Shown here: positions 29,214 to 37,390 of the stretch, piece by piece
How the letters are laid out: each line of letters begins with the position of its first letter
Position numbering within the stretch: the stretch's first letter is position 1
Virus record (IMG/VR): IMGVR_UViG_3300019459_000014
Coordinates: 1-44,261 of that record
Origin: a virus
Lineage: Duplodnaviria > Caudoviricetes
Direction: 5' to 3' (one strand)
DNA: 44,261 nucleotides
Program-made: the position numbers and the translations under genes
Notes under the pieces: generated by a model
Told to the model about the DNA's origin: nothing
What the model saw: only the letters and a program-made list of their open reading frames with translations
The model's database searches: none

Positions 29214-31111
29214 AATTCGAATTGTATTTTGTCTTTTGCGTTGTGCGTGAAGTTTACTATTCTTTGAGTTCCTATGAATGGAATGAATGCTATCTCAAAG
29301 TACCCAGGGTTATCTCCTTGTCCTTCCATGGCTGGAAGATTAGCAAGAGAGTCGTGATAAGGAATACATTTATGTATGTATGGATTTCCATCTAAAACTT
29401 CAGCATATTCAGGTCTGCAAGCATAGTATATATTTAATTCTGGATATTGTTTTTTTATGTTTGGTAGTAGTGAAGTTGAGAGATATACATCACCTATTCT
29501 TTCTGGCATAACAATCAGTAATCTTTTACCTTCATCTTGCTCATCGAGTAAATCTGCGAGTTCTATTTTTTTACTTTCTTTATTTTCTTTTTCCGCAACT
29601 TCTCGAAAGTATTTTAAAACATCTTCACGTTTTAGATCTGAATTTAATCTTTGCATCCAATGCTTGTGGCCATCTTCAAGTTCATTTGTTTCAACCTTTA
29701 GCATGTTTTTATAAAGGTCTTTTATCCACTCTGAATCACTTTCTATTTCGGGAGGTTTATAATCAGCATTTCTTTCTTCTTCTTGGAAATTGAAATCCCA
29801 GTCAACTTCAGGCATTTCATCAATAATTTTTTCTAATTGCTTTCCAACTTGCTCGATGCTATAATTTTCAATAACAAATTCTCTGGCTTTTTTGCCCATC
29901 TGCTTTGCTTTCTCAGGTTTCATTTCAAAGACTTTTCTGAGTTGATAAGCAATGTTCTTGGGGTCTGTACTTGCTTTAATGAATTGAGTTCCTGGTTCTC
30001 GGTATTCCGTCCAACTCAGAGGTAAACTGTTTGCCTCTGGGACGCAACAATCTTCTCCGCAGCTATAGTTTGTTACTAGAGTTATGAGTTCTGTGAGTTT
30101 AGCCTCTTGAATTGGTATTTCTTGCCCGCCACTTGTGAAAGGATGGCAATACACATTCATTAGATTATAAATTTCGTTTAGCTGAGATTCATCCACTCCA
30201 GCTTTGGTATTGGTTGTTACTTGGGATTTCTCTGAACCACAAAATTTACAATCTTGATTTTGACCTCGAAAAGGTTTGATTTCATATTCTTGGCATTTTA
30301 AACAAAAATAAGTTGTTAATATTCTTGATGGATCAAGCTCTTTTTCTTCGATCAATCTTGGAATGTCCCAGCCTTCTGCCCAGTGAGTATGTAATAGTAG
30401 TTTTGCTTTTGATGTGGGGTTTTGTTGACAAAATATTTTGAACCCTTCGAGTAAATTTGGTACGCTTTTTCGCAATTGGTTTCTGAATACAAAACCTATA
30501 ATGAACTCATCTTCTGCGATGTTTTGTTTTTGTCTTAATTTTAATCTTTGTTCATCTGACATCCTGAAAAAATGAGAAGTATCAAGTGAACCTCTTAATG
30601 TTTTTACATGATCTTGGCCGATCGAGTTTAAGGATTTTTGAGCAAAGCTAGCCCATGTATAATAGTTCTTGATTTTTGGGGCTGACTTGATTGCGTCTGG
30701 AAGAATAGGGAGACTGTCTAGGGTCGTCCATATCATGCAATTTATCTTGTTCCACCATTTTTTATCTGTGTATCCAGAGAAAGCCCAAATGTCTTCTATA
30801 CCTATATAGACGTCTGGTTTTTCTTGTTTTAAAATTTGATCAATAGTCTCTGATCCGTAACCTGCACTTCTTGCAAGTTTAGGGTCTTGATTTAGTTTTT
30901 TAAGTAACGAAGGATTATTTGGTAGTGAACCTTGAGCTTTCCAAGGTAAATTACTTAATGATGCATCTCCCCATTTTATTCCATTCGAAAACTCTACAAG
31001 ATCATATTTTCCTGTTTTTTGAAGATATATTAATATATTCTTTGTATGCTTGCCGAAACCAGTAAGCGCTCGGCAATGATTGCTGTGAATTAAGACCTTT
31101 TTCTTTTTCAT
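29204..31111 (-). CDS. Multidomain glycosyltransferase: GT4 with zinc-ribbon insert, DUF4214-like module and GT9 N-terminal domain
   Basis: TGFG start; RNQLRK; LNEIYNLMNVY..SGGQEIPIQEA; MGKKAREFV..YS; CLKC..CKFC insert; WIKDLYKNML..DG.KHW..L; LLIVMPERIGDV..ST.LL..IKKQYP..EVLDGNPYI. Confidence 0.85.
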   Translation of the reverse strand: MKKKKVLIHSNHCRALTGFGKHTKNILIYLQKTGKYDLVEFSNGIKWGDASLSNLPWKAQGSLPNNPSLLKKLNQDPKLARSAGYGSETIDQILKQEKPDVYIGIEDIWAFSGYTDKKWWNKINCMIWTTLDSLPILPDAIKSAPKIKNYYTWASFAQKSLNSIGQDHVKTLRGSLDTSHFFRMSDEQRLKLRQKQNIAEDEFIIGFVFRNQLRKSVPNLLEGFKIFCQQNPTSKAKLLLHTHWAEGWDIPRLIEEKELDPSRILTTYFCLKCQEYEIKPFRGQNQDCKFCGSEKSQVTTNTKAGVDESQLNEIYNLMNVYCHPFTSGGQEIPIQEAKLTELITLVTNYSCGEDCCVPEANSLPLSWTEYREPGTQFIKASTDPKNIAYQLRKVFEMKPEKAKQMGKKAREFVIENYSIEQVGKQLEKIIDEMPEVDWDFNFQEEERNADYKPPEIESDSEWIKDLYKNMLKVETNELEDGHKHWMQRLNSDLKREDVLKYFREVAEKENKESKKIELADLLDEQDEGKRLLIVMPERIGDVYLSTSLLPNIKKQYPELNIYYACRPEYAEVLDGNPYIHKCIPYHDSLANLPAMEGQGDNPGYFEIAFIPFIGTQRIVNFTHNAKDKIQFELCT

Positions 31112-31698
31112 CAGAATGGAACATCTTCAGTGCCTTCCGAATTTTTTGATTCAGGTTTTTTATTGTAATTTGAGTTCTTGGATCGATATTCTTGCATTCT
31201 TATTTCTTCTTCTTTTCTTCTGTGTTCATATAGGACATTAAGAAAGTATCTGAAGAATTCGATTAAATTTTCTACTTCTCCTGGCTCAAGAGGGACTCTG
31301 AATGTTTGGGTTCCATTTCTTGTGAGAGTTATTCCGAAAGCAGGAAGTGTTACCCAGACTTCTTCACTGCCTTTTTTGATTTTAGATTTTTTATCCCAAG
31401 GAACGAATTTAATGGAAGTTTTATTGTCTTCATAAGCATGAAACGAAGAATATTCATTTCTATTTTTGAACGCACTAATGATTCCGCCGATTTCAAATTC
31501 TGTAAATTTTAAATTAATTTTCTTATCTGGGTCATTAGCATTACCAGAAAAGTTTGCAGTTTTTGTTTTATCATCCCAACTGAATTGTTGGATGGCATTG
31601 ACGTATACAACCGGCTCTTTCTTTTTGTTTGTTCCGATTGTGAAGTTGAAGGCGCTACCTTCATTTTTACTGTTTGGTTTGTATAATGATAAGGACAT
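31111..31698 (-). CDS. Putative Whirly/PC4-fold ssDNA-binding protein
   Basis: SLYK..SAF, KINLKFTEFEIGGIISAF..SSFH and FRVPLEPGEV..L..FF parallel Whirly motifs. SSB-type acidic tail EDVPF. Confidence 0.5.
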   Translation of the reverse strand: MSLSLYKPNSKNEGSAFNFTIGTNKKKEPVVYVNAIQQFSWDDKTKTANFSGNANDPDKKINLKFTEFEIGGIISAFKNRNEYSSFHAYEDNKTSIKFVPWDKKSKIKKGSEEVWVTLPAFGITLTRNGTQTFRVPLEPGEVENLIEFFRYFLNVLYEHRRKEEEIRMQEYRSKNSNYNKKPESKNSEGTEDVPF

Positions 31699-31718
31699 AA
31701 TAAATAATTAATTTAAAG

Positions 31719-31746
31719 ATTATATCCTGTGATTGAATATATTCAA
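31719..31746 (-). promoter_or_regulatory. Sigma70-type promoter overlapped by a 14-bp palindrome
   Basis: Minus strand TTGAAT(31746-31741)-16 nt-TATAAT(31724-31719). Perfect palindrome TTGAATATATTCAA at 31733-31746. Confidence 0.55.
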
Positions 31747-32576
31747 CTAAATTTATCTATGTCATTTATATGATGGCACCAGTCTTCTTCTGCTCGTAGT
31801 TGATCATACTTTCTGTAGCTTGAGGTCCATATTCTGTTGGGCAAGTCTTTTATTCTTATTATATCAAAATGTTTTTTCATTAATTCTATAGATTTAGATT
31901 TATCTGCCACGTCGCGTTTTTTGAGTTTCGAATCAAAATATGTTTCTATGCTTGATATTCCTAGGATTTCTTCTGGTCCAAGCCTGCCAATTTTTTCGTA
32001 TTTACATTTATTGAATGCGTGTTGAAAAATCTCTCTCATTCTTGAGGTTAGTCCTGCTACAATATGATCTGAGGGATGAAATTTTACTTGATTGTCGAAT
32101 CTAAAATATATATTAGAAGTTATAATTTTAAACCATGTATTTTTTGAATCGCGATTTTGTTTGAGTTTTTTTATTATTGCGTCGAGGTTTGGGTAGCTTT
32201 CGTCGGATCTTAATTTTATTGTAAAATATGTATTGCAATGTTTTAAAGCATTGGATGTATTGTAGTATTGTAATATTATTGGGTTTTTTAAATGTGTTTT
32301 TTTAGCATAAGGTAATACATCACTGTATTTATTGATGATTATTTTTATGTCGTTTTTATAAGGATCAAGAAGAGATAGGTCGTCGGTATCCCAGCAACTG
32401 ATTACAATTTGGCCATACTTTTTGTATTCAGATATGGTCTTGATGGATCTTTCATTTAGAGGGCCTTGTATCAATATAGAAAAAGTGTCTTCTATTGCTT
32501 CAAATTTAGGAAGCAAGGCCTTATAGAATTTAAGTAGCCATTTATTTGTTTTACTTACATGCGGTTCAAAGTTCAC
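31743..32576 (-). CDS. WavE-like lipopolysaccharide/glycan synthesis protein
   Basis: SILIQGP, IVISCW, N..LQ...T..AL, FTIKLRSDE, FHPSDHIVAG. Confidence 0.75.
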   Translation of the reverse strand: MNFEPHVSKTNKWLLKFYKALLPKFEAIEDTFSILIQGPLNERSIKTISEYKKYGQIVISCWDTDDLSLLDPYKNDIKIIINKYSDVLPYAKKTHLKNPIILQYYNTSNALKHCNTYFTIKLRSDESYPNLDAIIKKLKQNRDSKNTWFKIITSNIYFRFDNQVKFHPSDHIVAGLTSRMREIFQHAFNKCKYEKIGRLGPEEILGISSIETYFDSKLKKRDVADKSKSIELMKKHFDIIRIKDLPNRIWTSSYRKYDQLRAEEDWCHHINDIDKFS

Positions 32577-32995
32577 TTGAGGTAATCAGAGCACAAGCCA
32601 AAACAAATTGGACCGGCATATTCTCGAGCATCCTCAACAACAATAACACTTTTATTGCAAACTCTTTTTCCTGGGTAAGTCCATATAAAGTTTTTTGAAG
32701 TTAAAGTATGCTCATCGTTTTCGTGCCAGAAGTAATTTAAAACCTTGAACTCTGAAAGTATATCCATTGCTTCTAGGTTTTTACAATGTATCCAGAGTTT
32801 TTGATAATTTGTAACCAAGAACTTTAAGGGGCATGGGTTTTCAGCCTTATCATGCCCAAGCCATAATTGAGATCTAGCCCATACATCAACCTCTACATCG
32901 TAACCTAAATCTAGGGCTTCTTGTATGTACTCTATTGAATTTTCTCTTTTGGGGTCTGGTCCTGAGATGTTACCTCTGTGAGATATTAATATCAT
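32573..32995 (-). CDS. Small GDPD/PLC-like phosphodiesterase
   Basis: ISHRGN..ENS..I..AL..GYDVEVDVW..LWLGHD; GLCSDY at the C-terminus. Confidence 0.8.
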   Translation of the reverse strand: MILISHRGNISGPDPKRENSIEYIQEALDLGYDVEVDVWARSQLWLGHDKAENPCPLKFLVTNYQKLWIHCKNLEAMDILSEFKVLNYFWHENDEHTLTSKNFIWTYPGKRVCNKSVIVVEDAREYAGPICFGLCSDYLK

Positions 32996-34352
32996 TTTTT
33001 AAAAAAGTTTGAAGATCTTCTGGAGTACCTAATCCCCACATTCTTTCGATATGAAAAGTTTTTACTCTTGCTCCTCTTAGTAAAGCTTCATTATAAACGG
33101 GGCAAACATAAAATTCATTATTGACCCTAATATTCTTTCTTATCATGCTCTCTGCGCATTCAACATAATCAGAACCCTTCTTCCAAAAATAAACTCCTAC
33201 AGTGGCGTGATTACTTATAGGTTTCTTTTCGGCAACTTCAGTTACAAAACCTTCTTGATTCAATTTAGCATAACTCCACTTTGGGTGAGTTGATTCAAAT
33301 GTTAGAATTGATCCATCTATATCATCAGCCATGCATGAATACATGAATTGATTACTTTCCCATTCAACATATTGATCCGAGTTTGCTAATAGTAGAGGCT
33401 CTTCATTGTTGATAAATTCTTTTGCTAGTAAGGTCGTACATGCTGCACCCTCGGTTATTCCTTCAACTTGAACTATTTCGCAGTCAGGGGAAATTAAGTT
33501 TAATGTATGTTTTAAAGAATATTTTTCGTAATGAGATTTTTGTACAATAAAAATATGACGCGCATCAACATTTAGATTTTCCACAACTTTTTGAATCATC
33601 GGTTTTCCGTTGACATCTATGAGTGGTTTAGGGAAAGTGTATCCTGCCTGCTCGAATCTAGAGCCTGCGCCCGCCATGGGTATCAATACATTCATTTTAC
33701 CTCCTTGCCACTTGGGTGTGATTTTAGATTTATTTTCTGCATTTTTTATAGTAATGTTTATTTTATTGTATGTCAAGTCGTGAGAATCTTTTACTGCGCA
33801 TAAATGACCTCCGCTTCTGATAGCTCCCTTTCTGCCTATATGAGAATCCTCTATGATGATGGTTTCATCTGGATTGGCTTTAGCTTTGAGCATGCATTTC
33901 ATATAAATCTCGGCATTTGGTTTGGGGCGATCAACATCTTCATTTGAATATAAAAAATCTATGTATTCAAAGAAACCTTTTCTTATCAACATTAATTTTG
34001 ATGTATCTCGAATGGAATTTGTCGCGCAAGCAATTGTGTAACCTTCAGATTTTAATTGTTTGATTATGTCTTGTATTCTAAAATCAACCTTGAATGAATC
34101 TATTTCTTGTAATGTTTTTTGTTGTTTGAGTTGCCAGATTTTATTGTGAGAGTCAATCGGTAAGCCTTTTTCTTGGGATAGTTTTTTTAGTTTTTGAGTT
34201 GTAGTTAATGCGTCGTATTTGCAAAGATGTTCCTCTTTACTGATGACATATTTTTGATCTATATCTGCTAACGCTTTATTTAATGAAATAAAATGTAAAT
34301 CGCGCGATTCAACAAGTACGCCGTCAAGGTCGAATATTATTAATTTTATCAT
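32970..34352 (-). CDS. Fused HAD phosphatase / sugar-nucleotidyltransferase-family protein
   Basis: HAD motifs FDLDGVL, ATNS, KPNAEIY, IEDS. NTP-transferase motifs LIPMAGAGSRF..GY..PKPLI, ANSDQ, EKKPIS..ATVG, NNEFY, LGTPEDL. Confidence 0.9.
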   Translation of the reverse strand: MIKLIIFDLDGVLVESRDLHFISLNKALADIDQKYVISKEEHLCKYDALTTTQKLKKLSQEKGLPIDSHNKIWQLKQQKTLQEIDSFKVDFRIQDIIKQLKSEGYTIACATNSIRDTSKLMLIRKGFFEYIDFLYSNEDVDRPKPNAEIYMKCMLKAKANPDETIIIEDSHIGRKGAIRSGGHLCAVKDSHDLTYNKINITIKNAENKSKITPKWQGGKMNVLIPMAGAGSRFEQAGYTFPKPLIDVNGKPMIQKVVENLNVDARHIFIVQKSHYEKYSLKHTLNLISPDCEIVQVEGITEGAACTTLLAKEFINNEEPLLLANSDQYVEWESNQFMYSCMADDIDGSILTFESTHPKWSYAKLNQEGFVTEVAEKKPISNHATVGVYFWKKGSDYVECAESMIRKNIRVNNEFYVCPVYNEALLRGARVKTFHIERMWGLGTPEDLQTFLKNDINISQR

Positions 34353-35083
34353 TTTATTAATTTTGTTTTAAGGTATCCGAATTTAGAAGAGCCTGTTAAT
34401 GGTGAGTATTTGATGTTGTTCATTCTCAAGAACATGGTTAATATGCTTTCTGGAACTTTGCACATGTATTCAGGGTAACCTTCCATCCACATAAACTCGA
34501 TTGTATCTTCAATCTTGTAGAAAGCATTCATGTATTTACTCATTGTTTCGACTGGCCCGATTGCTATTTGATCATTAATTTGGTCGGGAAGTATTGCTTT
34601 TTCGTAAACAAAACTAAATGCAATATCTTTCTTAAGCTCCTCTTCGTGGTCGTAAACTTTTAAGCCTTCATAAAAAGGAAGTTTTACATGCTTTCTTGAG
34701 ATAGAATCTTTAATTTCATGATTCTTTATTCTATCATCAACTTGTAAATCAGGCCTTAATCTGATAACCAAATCATATTCTTTTGATGACGCTTTCATGT
34801 AATCATTGAGTACATTGAACGACTTCATCATGCCGAATGTCATTGGTTTGAGTCCTTGCCATGCGTTTATCGATTGATAATGCATTTGGGATTCATATCT
34901 CTTGTAGTCAAGAATACTGAATCTAAGGGGTTTGTAAAATTTTATGAATTTATTGTAATTCTCAGACTCCCATGTAAAAAGAAAGATGTCTGGTTTAAGT
35001 GGAATGAGTATATTTTCAAGAATAGAATCTTTCGCCTGTTCCCACTCCCCTAGTTTACCGCTAAAACATAAAGCTATCTTCAT
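34349..35083 (-). CDS. Putative GT-A-like glycosyltransferase
   Basis: MKIALCFSG, DIFLFTW, YDLVIRLRPD, NDQIAIG..M..Y and PE..L form a pattern common in viral and capsule glycan loci. Confidence 0.6.
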   Translation of the reverse strand: MKIALCFSGKLGEWEQAKDSILENILIPLKPDIFLFTWESENYNKFIKFYKPLRFSILDYKRYESQMHYQSINAWQGLKPMTFGMMKSFNVLNDYMKASSKEYDLVIRLRPDLQVDDRIKNHEIKDSISRKHVKLPFYEGLKVYDHEEELKKDIAFSFVYEKAILPDQINDQIAIGPVETMSKYMNAFYKIEDTIEFMWMEGYPEYMCKVPESILTMFLRMNNIKYSPLTGSSKFGYLKTKLIK

Positions 35084-35394
35084 TTTTGAAAATCCCCCCT
35101 TACCAGAAGTCCACCCTTCTCTAATACAATTGTGTTTAATTTTGTGGCGGTTTTGTTGGAGGTTTTTCTTCTCAATATGTGTTTTTGTTTTGCCAACCTA
35201 GACAAGCTCGCCGAAATCTTTCCGTAAGACATACCTCCAAGATCACTGCCAATCTTTTCATTTGAGAAAAAGATGGTTTTGCCGTGACCAGCTTTCATTA
35301 CAAGATAATTATAAACAACCAAGTCGTTTCCGATTAATTTTCCATTCACGACATCTTCTTGAACTGCAGTTGGTATCTGTAAAAATTTCCTCAT
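35080..35394 (-). CDS. Winged helix-turn-helix DNA-binding protein (replication-initiator-like N-terminal type)
   Basis: FLQIP..DLVVYNYL..FFSNEKIG..LGGMS..KIS.SLSRL...HI.R. Start moved from 35406 to ATG 35394 because 35406 lies inside the predicted -10 box. Confidence 0.65.
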   Translation of the reverse strand: MRKFLQIPTAVQEDVVNGKLIGNDLVVYNYLVMKAGHGKTIFFSNEKIGSDLGGMSYGKISASLSRLAKQKHILRRKTSNKTATKLNTIVLEKGGLLVRGDFQK

Positions 35395-35401
35395 GCCAAT
35401 G

Positions 35402-35430
35402 ATCATACATTAAAAATATTGTTTTGTCAA
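35402..35430 (-). promoter_or_regulatory. Leftward sigma70 promoter
   Basis: Minus strand TTGACA(35430-35425)-17 nt-TATGAT(35407-35402), then 7 nt to ATG 35394. Confidence 0.8.
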
Positions 35431-35474
35431 GCGTCATTCAAATAATTGTACATGCGACATTCAAATAATTGTAC
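35431..35474. repeat. Two 21-bp direct repeats, period 23 (iteron/operator-like)
   Basis: GCGTCATTCAAATAATTGTAC at 35431-35451 and GCGACATTCAAATAATTGTAC at 35454-35474, with one mismatch. Confidence 0.9.
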
Positions 35475-35534
35475 GATGTTAATGATATAGATATACATTA
35501 ATATAATTTTTTATTATTTATATAAATATAAGAT

Positions 35535-35563
35535 TTGACAATTAGCGGGAATTGTGATATAGT
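35535..35563 (+). promoter_or_regulatory. Rightward sigma70 promoter with extended -10
   Basis: TTGACA(35535-35540)-17 nt-TATAGT(35558-35563) preceded by TGn, then 7 nt to ATG 35571. Confidence 0.82.
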
Positions 35564-35570
35564 ATTCAAC

Positions 35571-35867
35571 ATGAAGTTTATAGATTTAAGTGAAGATAAG
35601 TATTTCATGGTGAAATGTTCTGACTGGTCGGTCATCCTAAATGCTGAAGATGAAACCGAGGCCTGCACACAAGCCCTAAGAGAAATGCTTGAACGTCGGG
35701 GCAAGAATTTGAAATTGTCATCAGTAATGATATCGCATCAATTAAACGCAGATGCCTACGAGGATGAATTCGATGATCTTATATCATATCATTCCGTATC
35801 AAGAATGCTCGCAAATGCAGGAGAGCATGATTTATCCTCTAATGTTAAATTAATTTTCGGTGCATAA
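35571..35867 (+). CDS. Hypothetical protein
   Basis: ORF follows the promoter. The TTG start at 35535 in the ORF track is the -35 box, so ATG 35571 is preferred. Confidence 0.65.
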   Translation: MKFIDLSEDKYFMVKCSDWSVILNAEDETEACTQALREMLERRGKNLKLSSVMISHQLNADAYEDEFDDLISYHSVSRMLANAGEHDLSSNVKLIFGA

Positions 35868-35868
35868 T

Positions 35869-36417
35869 ATGAAAGTGGTAGGAATTTGTGGTCTCGCTAG
35901 ATGCGGCAAAGATAGCTTATTTTCAATGTGCGAAAATAGATTAAAGGATATGGGCATAAATTCAGTTAGGTTTGCTTTCGCCGACTCACTCAAGGAGGAG
36001 TGTAATGAGATACTAGAGAAATATGTCGGTATATCTGCTTTCACTGAAGTTACCGCCGAGAAAGAAATAATTAGACCTCTTCTTGTTACTTATGGAACAC
36101 ACATAAGAAGAAAAATGAATCCAAATTGCTGGATAGATAAAATTCAAGATAAGGTCATTGATAATATCAAGAATAAGAATATTGTTTTTGTTACAGATGT
36201 TAGATTCGAGAATGAAATAGATTGGATCCACCGAATCGGTGGGGAGTCAGTGCATATAACCAGAGAAGGTATTGTTGCTCCAAATCAAGAAGAACTCGAA
36301 AACGATCCTGTTTTAAGGAATAAATCATCTCATCGTATCGAATGGAAGGATTTTAAACAAGAGCCTGAAGAATATATATCGAATATTGTGGATCAAGTTT
36401 TACAATCTATATTATGA
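35869..36417 (+). CDS. Deoxynucleoside monophosphate kinase (T4 gp1-like)
   Basis: VGICGLARCGKD P-loop, FAFADSLK, RPLL..YGT..R, W, VTDVRFENE..I...GG. ATG 35869 preferred over GTG 35860. Confidence 0.85.
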   Translation: MKVVGICGLARCGKDSLFSMCENRLKDMGINSVRFAFADSLKEECNEILEKYVGISAFTEVTAEKEIIRPLLVTYGTHIRRKMNPNCWIDKIQDKVIDNIKNKNIVFVTDVRFENEIDWIHRIGGESVHITREGIVAPNQEELENDPVLRNKSSHRIEWKDFKQEPEEYISNIVDQVLQSIL

Positions 36418-37010
36418 ATAAAGATGTAACCGATTTAGAGCTAGTAGAGAACCTTCAAAATAACGAACACACGCAAGATAGTTTAAACCTGCTTGTTGAA
36501 AGACATAGTGGTATATATCTAGATATGGTAAACTCTTATGCAAGCCCAAATAATCCATTCATTGATTATGAAGAACTGATTGCCGACAAAGAATATAAAA
36601 TTTACAACGCAGCAATTAAATACAACAAAAATAAAGGAGCTAAATTTAGCACATACCTTGGCAATGAAACCAAGTGGATGTGTCTTAATATCTATAATCG
36701 CAATAAAAGAAGACCTGCATTCCAAAGTTCGTTTATAGAAAATTTATCTTCTACCGATCACATGGAATGCGATACAATCTCAGAAAGTATCAAAAAGGAT
36801 CTATTTGATAAAGTATTAAGCGCCATCAAAATGCATCCCGACAAAAGGGTTGAGAGAATATTTGAAATGAGATACATAATAGGAAATAAAAATAAAGTAA
36901 TGCCTTGGAAAAAAATAGGTGAAGAAATGAAGCTTAGTATTCAGGGATGCATAAACATTCACAATTCAGTTGTGCAAAATTTAAAAGAAGAACTAAAACA
37001 AGAAATATGA
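36414..37010 (+). CDS. Phage-encoded sigma-70-family RNA polymerase sigma factor
   Basis: Region 2-like LVERHSGI..AAIKYN.NKGAKFSTYL. Region 4-like IFEMRY..MPWKKIGEEMKLS.QG..IH. Confidence 0.8.
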   Translation: MNKDVTDLELVENLQNNEHTQDSLNLLVERHSGIYLDMVNSYASPNNPFIDYEELIADKEYKIYNAAIKYNKNKGAKFSTYLGNETKWMCLNIYNRNKRRPAFQSSFIENLSSTDHMECDTISESIKKDLFDKVLSAIKMHPDKRVERIFEMRYIIGNKNKVMPWKKIGEEMKLSIQGCINIHNSVVQNLKEELKQEI

Positions 37011-37390
37011 ATAAATTTATAGGTCTAGGAAATTTAACTAGAGATCCAGTATTAAAAGAAATCAAAAGCGGAACAAAAGTCTGTGAGTTTTCAATAGCAA
37101 TAAATAACAAATCAAACAATAGTGTTTTTTATATAGACGTAGAAGCTTGGAATAATGTCGCAGAAAATTGCGGTAGATTCTTATCTAAAGGCAGAAAGGT
37201 TTTAATAGAGGGAAGATTATCTTCAAGCAATTGGACAACAAAAACAGGTGAAAATAGAATAAAAGTATATTGCAAGGCAGATCTTGTAACATTTCTAGAT
37301 AAAACAGAAGAACAAAACCAAAATTCCGTAGCAGAAAAAACTGCAGACAAAATACTAAACGAAGACGAATTCGCAGACATACCATTTTAA
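37007..37390 (+). CDS. ssb: Single-stranded DNA-binding protein
   Basis: MNKFIGLGNLTRDP, FSIA.N, YIDVEAW..AE..L.KG.KV.IEGRL, acidic DIPF tail. ATGA overlap with the sigma gene gives start 37007. Confidence 0.95.
   Translation: MNKFIGLGNLTRDPVLKEIKSGTKVCEFSIAINNKSNNSVFYIDVEAWNNVAENCGRFLSKGRKVLIEGRLSSSNWTTKTGENRIKVYCKADLVTFLDKTEEQNQNSVAEKTADKILNEDEFADIPF

Noticed and set aside
28044-35083. Interpretation as an ordinary bacterial LPS/capsule locus
   Set aside because: It lacks export and polymerase genes, is interleaved with phage-type DNA-binding genes and is flanked by phage modules on both sides.
35431-35474. Direct repeats as a mini CRISPR array
   Set aside because: Only two copies with a 2-nt gap, no spacer and no cas genes.
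36831-36845. MHPDK in the sigma factor as a J-domain motif
   Set aside because: It lies at the entry to sigma region 4 and lacks J-domain context.
35535-37006. ORF-track starts at 35535, 35860 and 36947
   Set aside because: They coincide with a -35 box or overlap upstream genes. Starts at 35571, 35869 and 37007 fit promoters, coupling and family N-termini better.
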